32,000 bases of DNA, from NCBI RefSeq assembly GCF_000015145.1, contig NC_008818.1:1230001-1262000 (forward strand), in the 5' to 3' direction. Each line of letters begins with the position of its first letter. Within the stretch, counting starts at the first letter, position 1. The DNA comes from Hyperthermus butylicus DSM 5456 (GTDB lineage Archaea > Thermoproteota > Thermoprotei_A > Sulfolobales > Pyrodictiaceae). Positions 28,868 through 32,000 of the stretch are shown one piece after another. The notes beneath the pieces were generated by a model. That model saw only the letters and a list, made by a program, of their open reading frames with translations, was not told the DNA's origin and did no database searches. Made by a program: the position numbers and the translations under genes.

Positions 28868-28926
28868 CTCATCCAGTAAAATGCGCGCCGCCCCCCGGAC
28901 GGCCCCGCGGCACGGGGCTGGATGAG
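28868..28926. repeat. 9-bp perfect inverted repeat CTCATCCAG/CTGGATGAG enclosing very GC-rich DNA with a second hairpin GCCCCG/CGGGGC
   Basis: Direct reading, intergenic between glyA and the CinA-like gene. Confidence 0.6.
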
Positions 28927-28993
28927 GGTAAGGGGACTTGCCTCCCGCAACCTATTCTCTCGGTACGTGGAAAAGATGGAGTTGAGCTGGGAA

Positions 28994-30310
28994 CTAGAGT
29001 AGGAGGTAGAGCCTTCCATCCTCGAGTGGGTTTACATCGAAGCAGTATTTGACCTCAAGGTATTCTTTACGGTACTCCTTTACTTCTCTCGCCACCTTCT
29101 CGGGGTCCTCGCCGTCGATAAGCACTCTTCTCATGAACCTTGCTATATCCTTCATATTGTCCTCCTTCATGCCGTACCTGGTCATCTCTTGTACTCCTAG
29201 ACGTAGGCCACTTGGATCCTTGATAGCGTCTGGGGGATCGTAGGGTAGTAGGTTCTTGTTTACAATTATGTTTGCCTTCTCAAGTAGAGTAGCTGCTTTT
29301 GCACCGCCACCCTGGGCCCTTACATCAACTAGTACTTGGTGGCTCTTAGTGTAGCCTAGATGCTCTCCTAGAACCTTGAAGCCCTCAGCTGCGAGAGCTT
29401 CTGCTAGTGCCTTAGCATTCCTAACAACCTGGTCGGCGTATTGTTCGCCAAAGTACTTCATTTCTACAGCGGTAACGGCGAGTGCGGGGAGCCTATGTAG
29501 ATGGTGGTTGCTGACAAATACGGGGAAGACAACCCTTGATATGGTCTTGTAAAGTTCCTCGCTCCGTGTAGCTACTATCCCGCCCTGGGGCCCGGGGAAG
29601 GTCTTGTGTGTTGAGGCTGTCATAACATCTGCTCCATGGTCTAGCGGGTTTCTCCACCTCCTCCCGACTATGAGGCCTAGTACGTGAGCAGCGTCATACA
29701 CTAGCTTTGCACCAACGGAGTGAGCTGTATCAGCGATCTCCTTTACCGGATGGGGGAATAGATAGACACTACCACCGAGCACAACGAGGCGTGGCCTAAC
29801 CTCCTCTATTAGTCGGATAGCCTTGTCAACGTCGATGTTCATGTTCTCCGGGTCGTAGGGCATCTCGATATGCTCTATGCAAAGTCCGCCAAGTGTACCA
29901 AACTTTGTATGACTAACATGTGCTCCTGCCTGTACTGGTGCAACAACCGCCTTATCGCCGCAGTTGGTTAGCGCTCTAAAAGCTGATGCGTTTGCAGTAG
30001 TCCCACTAACGGGCCGGGGATCCACATGTGCTCCGCCGAGCAGCTCGCCCATAAGCTGCATAACTCTATGTTCAATCTCGTCGACATATCGAGTGCCCTG
30101 GTAGTATCTCTTGAATGGCTTACCCTCAGCATACCGGTGCATCATGTCGCTAACGTATGCTGCTAGCGCGAGAGGGCTCATAGCGTTCTCGCTGGCTATA
30201 AGATTTATAGTCTCGTACTTGCGCCATAGATTGTGTGTTATCGTCTTTTCGAGAACCTCCCTCAGCTCCTGGGGGAGAAGGGGTAGCTTTTCCTGCCAGA
30301 ACCGGAGCAC
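28994..30310 (-). CDS. glyA: Serine hydroxymethyltransferase
   Basis: [33 protein letters not shown], and [22 protein letters not shown]. Confidence 0.95.
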
Positions 30311-30395
30311 TTTCCTGGCACCGGGTAGCCGGTGATATAGTAGAGACTAATTAACGCAAGCTCCTTGAAGCAGTGATCATGCTAGTATAGGGGCT

Positions 30396-30677
30396 TTACT
30401 GATACTCGCTAACCTTGACATAACTGGGTCTAAGCTTTAGAGCTTCAACATTCCTATGTGCAATCTCTACCGCCTCGACTACTATATCATAGGTTACCGG
30501 TACGCCTATCTCATCCTCGTAGCGGCGTAGAAGCCAATAGGCATCAATTTCGTCACTCCATTCTCCCCAATGTTCAACCAGTATCTCGGCTGCACGGCTA
30601 GGAGCTTGCAGAAACCTCTCATCAACATAGTCCTCCCGGTCGCCTCCACCCTTAACCTGACCTCGCTCTCTAGGCAT
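30396..30677 (-). CDS. Hypothetical protein
   Basis: 93-aa ORF; no recognised motif. Confidence 0.45.
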   Translation of the reverse strand: MPRERGQVKGGGDREDYVDERFLQAPSRAAEILVEHWGEWSDEIDAYWLLRRYEDEIGVPVTYDIVVEAVEIAHRNVEALKLRPSYVKVSEYQ

Positions 30678-30855
30678 GGACTACACCCTGTCTCTCCCAG
30701 AAAAGTAGCGTATAACTGGCATGCTATTGGTGTTACGCCCAGCAAAACGTACTACTGGAATAGAATGTGGAATAGTCTCATGCGCCCACTAGCATCCCAG
30801 CAGTGTTAAGATGGGGCTTACTGGGCTGTAGCTGTTTAAGAATAGGACATCTGTC

Positions 30856-31305
30856 ATGAATACTTGCAGTCGGGGGTCTCTCACTGTGGCGGCTGTAATT
30901 GGAGCTGTTAAACTACCCGTACACGACGTGGCTCAAACTGTAGGCGTAGACCTATATCCTGTTTACGATGTTGAAATAGTTATCTATGGTGGCCTAGACC
31001 CGCAAACAGACGAGCTGGTAGACAATGCAAGGAAGGCTGCAGCCATACTACGAGAGGAATACGGTGTAGAGGTTATTGTTTCGCCAAACATAGTTCACTG
31101 GGACATAACCAGCTTTACCCCACAGCCATACATGCTCCCAGTCCTAGTCGTTAATGGCCGCGAGGTCTCAGAGGGGAAGGTCCCCTCCGTCCAGGAGATA
31201 GTCGATATAGTACTAAGACTCTTCGACGAGGAGAGGGGTGAGCACTCAATACCACCACTCAAGAAGGGAGATGATGCTGTTGAAGTTATGGCATGTACAT
31301 GGTAG
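30856..31305 (+). CDS. Hypothetical thioredoxin-like-fold protein (start uncertain)
   Basis: VYDVEIVIYGG...NARKAAAILREEYGVEVIVSPN...LPVLVVNGREVSEGKVPSVQEIVDIVLRLF. Confidence 0.6.
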   Translation: MNTCSRGSLTVAAVIGAVKLPVHDVAQTVGVDLYPVYDVEIVIYGGLDPQTDELVDNARKAAAILREEYGVEVIVSPNIVHWDITSFTPQPYMLPVLVVNGREVSEGKVPSVQEIVDIVLRLFDEERGEHSIPPLKKGDDAVEVMACTW

Positions 31306-32000
31306 ACGCTTAACCTTCCTTACCTTAATCTCTACAAGATTCTTGCTGCATACTCCCTTCTCTATGCATGTCCCTTCCCTGCTGTCAAGGAGGCATTTAA
31401 CAGCCGATGCGGCGGCGATAGTGGCCCCAGCCAGATCCTCGCCGCGTAGCAACATGTATGCGAGAATACCTGTAAACATGTCTCCTGCTCCAACACTATA
31501 GCCCTCTGACACGTAAGGCTCTACGGCAACAGCTATGCCAGCAGCGCGATCCAGCGCTATGGCTCCCTTTTCGCCGAATGTTACAACAAGCCTTATCGGT
31601 GCTAGTACATCTACAATATAGCTCAGAGCTTCTAGTCCCTCGTCTCCCACATCTTCAACGCTTATGCGGACAATACAATTCCAAGGTATGTGTCCCCGAA
31701 GCTCTGCTAGGAGATGTCCGAAACGCTCTATGCGGCCGTCACTGCTTATCCTCGTAAAGCCTTGCACATCCAGTATGCATACGCGATAGCCAGCACTATA
31801 CTTGGCTAGTAGCATAGGGCTATACTCCCAGTTAATGGGCGAGAATACAGCAGCATTGCATGAGGGGAGTGCATCACTAAAGAATGTTGAATGTAGCGCT
31901 TTCAGTCTCTTAACCCCTTGAGGGTCAAGCTCAAGGCTAAACGCCGTAGCACAGTCTCGATATGCCTCAAAGTTGGTGGGTCTACAGGGCTCGGCGAGAT
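31246..32000 (-). CDS. PfkB-family carbohydrate kinase, 5' end beyond window
   Basis: C-terminal YSVGAGDMFTGILAYMLLRGEDLAGATIAAASA (GAGD motif). The frame remains open through 32000 (EPCRPTNFEAYRDCATAFSLELD...). Confidence 0.8.
   Translation of the reverse strand, partial: LAEPCRPTNFEAYRDCATAFSLELDPQGVKRLKALHSTFFSDALPSCNAAVFSPINWEYSPMLLAKYSAGYRVCILDVQGFTRISSDGRIERFGHLLAELRGHIPWNCIVRISVEDVGDEGLEALSYIVDVLAPIRLVVTFGEKGAIALDRAAGIAVAVEPYVSEGYSVGAGDMFTGILAYMLLRGEDLAGATIAAASAVKCLLDSREGTCIEKGVCSKNLVEIKVRKVKRLPCTCHNFNSIISLLEWWY

Noticed and set aside
1-32000. CRISPR array, transposon, integrase or toxin-antitoxin system
   Set aside because: No regularly spaced direct repeats, transposase/integrase motifs or TA-like pairs were seen; gene content looks like core chromosome.

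Overview
Hyperthermophilic crenarchaeal chromosomal DNA. The Desulfurococcales/Pyrodictiaceae-like assignment is inferred from protein content and AT-rich TATA-like boxes. The window is mostly densely packed housekeeping and lineage-specific genes. Recognisable genes: guaA (partial and interrupted), prf1/aRF1, geranylgeranyl-reductase-like FAD enzyme, adenosine-specific kinase, NMD3-like, SPL-like radical SAM, hexuloisomerase (SIS), leuS, calcineurin-like phosphoesterase, TatD-like hydrolase, a three-gene radical SAM run including a tetraether-lipid-synthase-like (Tes) gene, serS, DUF59/MIP18, CinA-like, glyA, and a PfkB-type kinase (partial). No CRISPR array, transposon, defence island or tRNA/rRNA gene was found. 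The most interesting signals are: (1) several box C/D guide-sRNA candidates in intergenic DNA, three with near-ideal geometry and flanking k-turn stems, one with a guide matching the archaeal 16S GGCCUAAAGCG segment; (2) three apparent lesions in conserved genes: an in-frame TAG in guaA, a -1 frameshift near the 3' end of the Tes gene, and no canonical start upstream of the HIGH region of leuS; (3) a co-oriented Tes + COG1031-like + COG1313-like radical SAM cluster; (4) a recurring four-cysteine module in small proteins; (5) strong unexplained inverted repeats. All calls are from reading the sequence. No database search or folding program was run.
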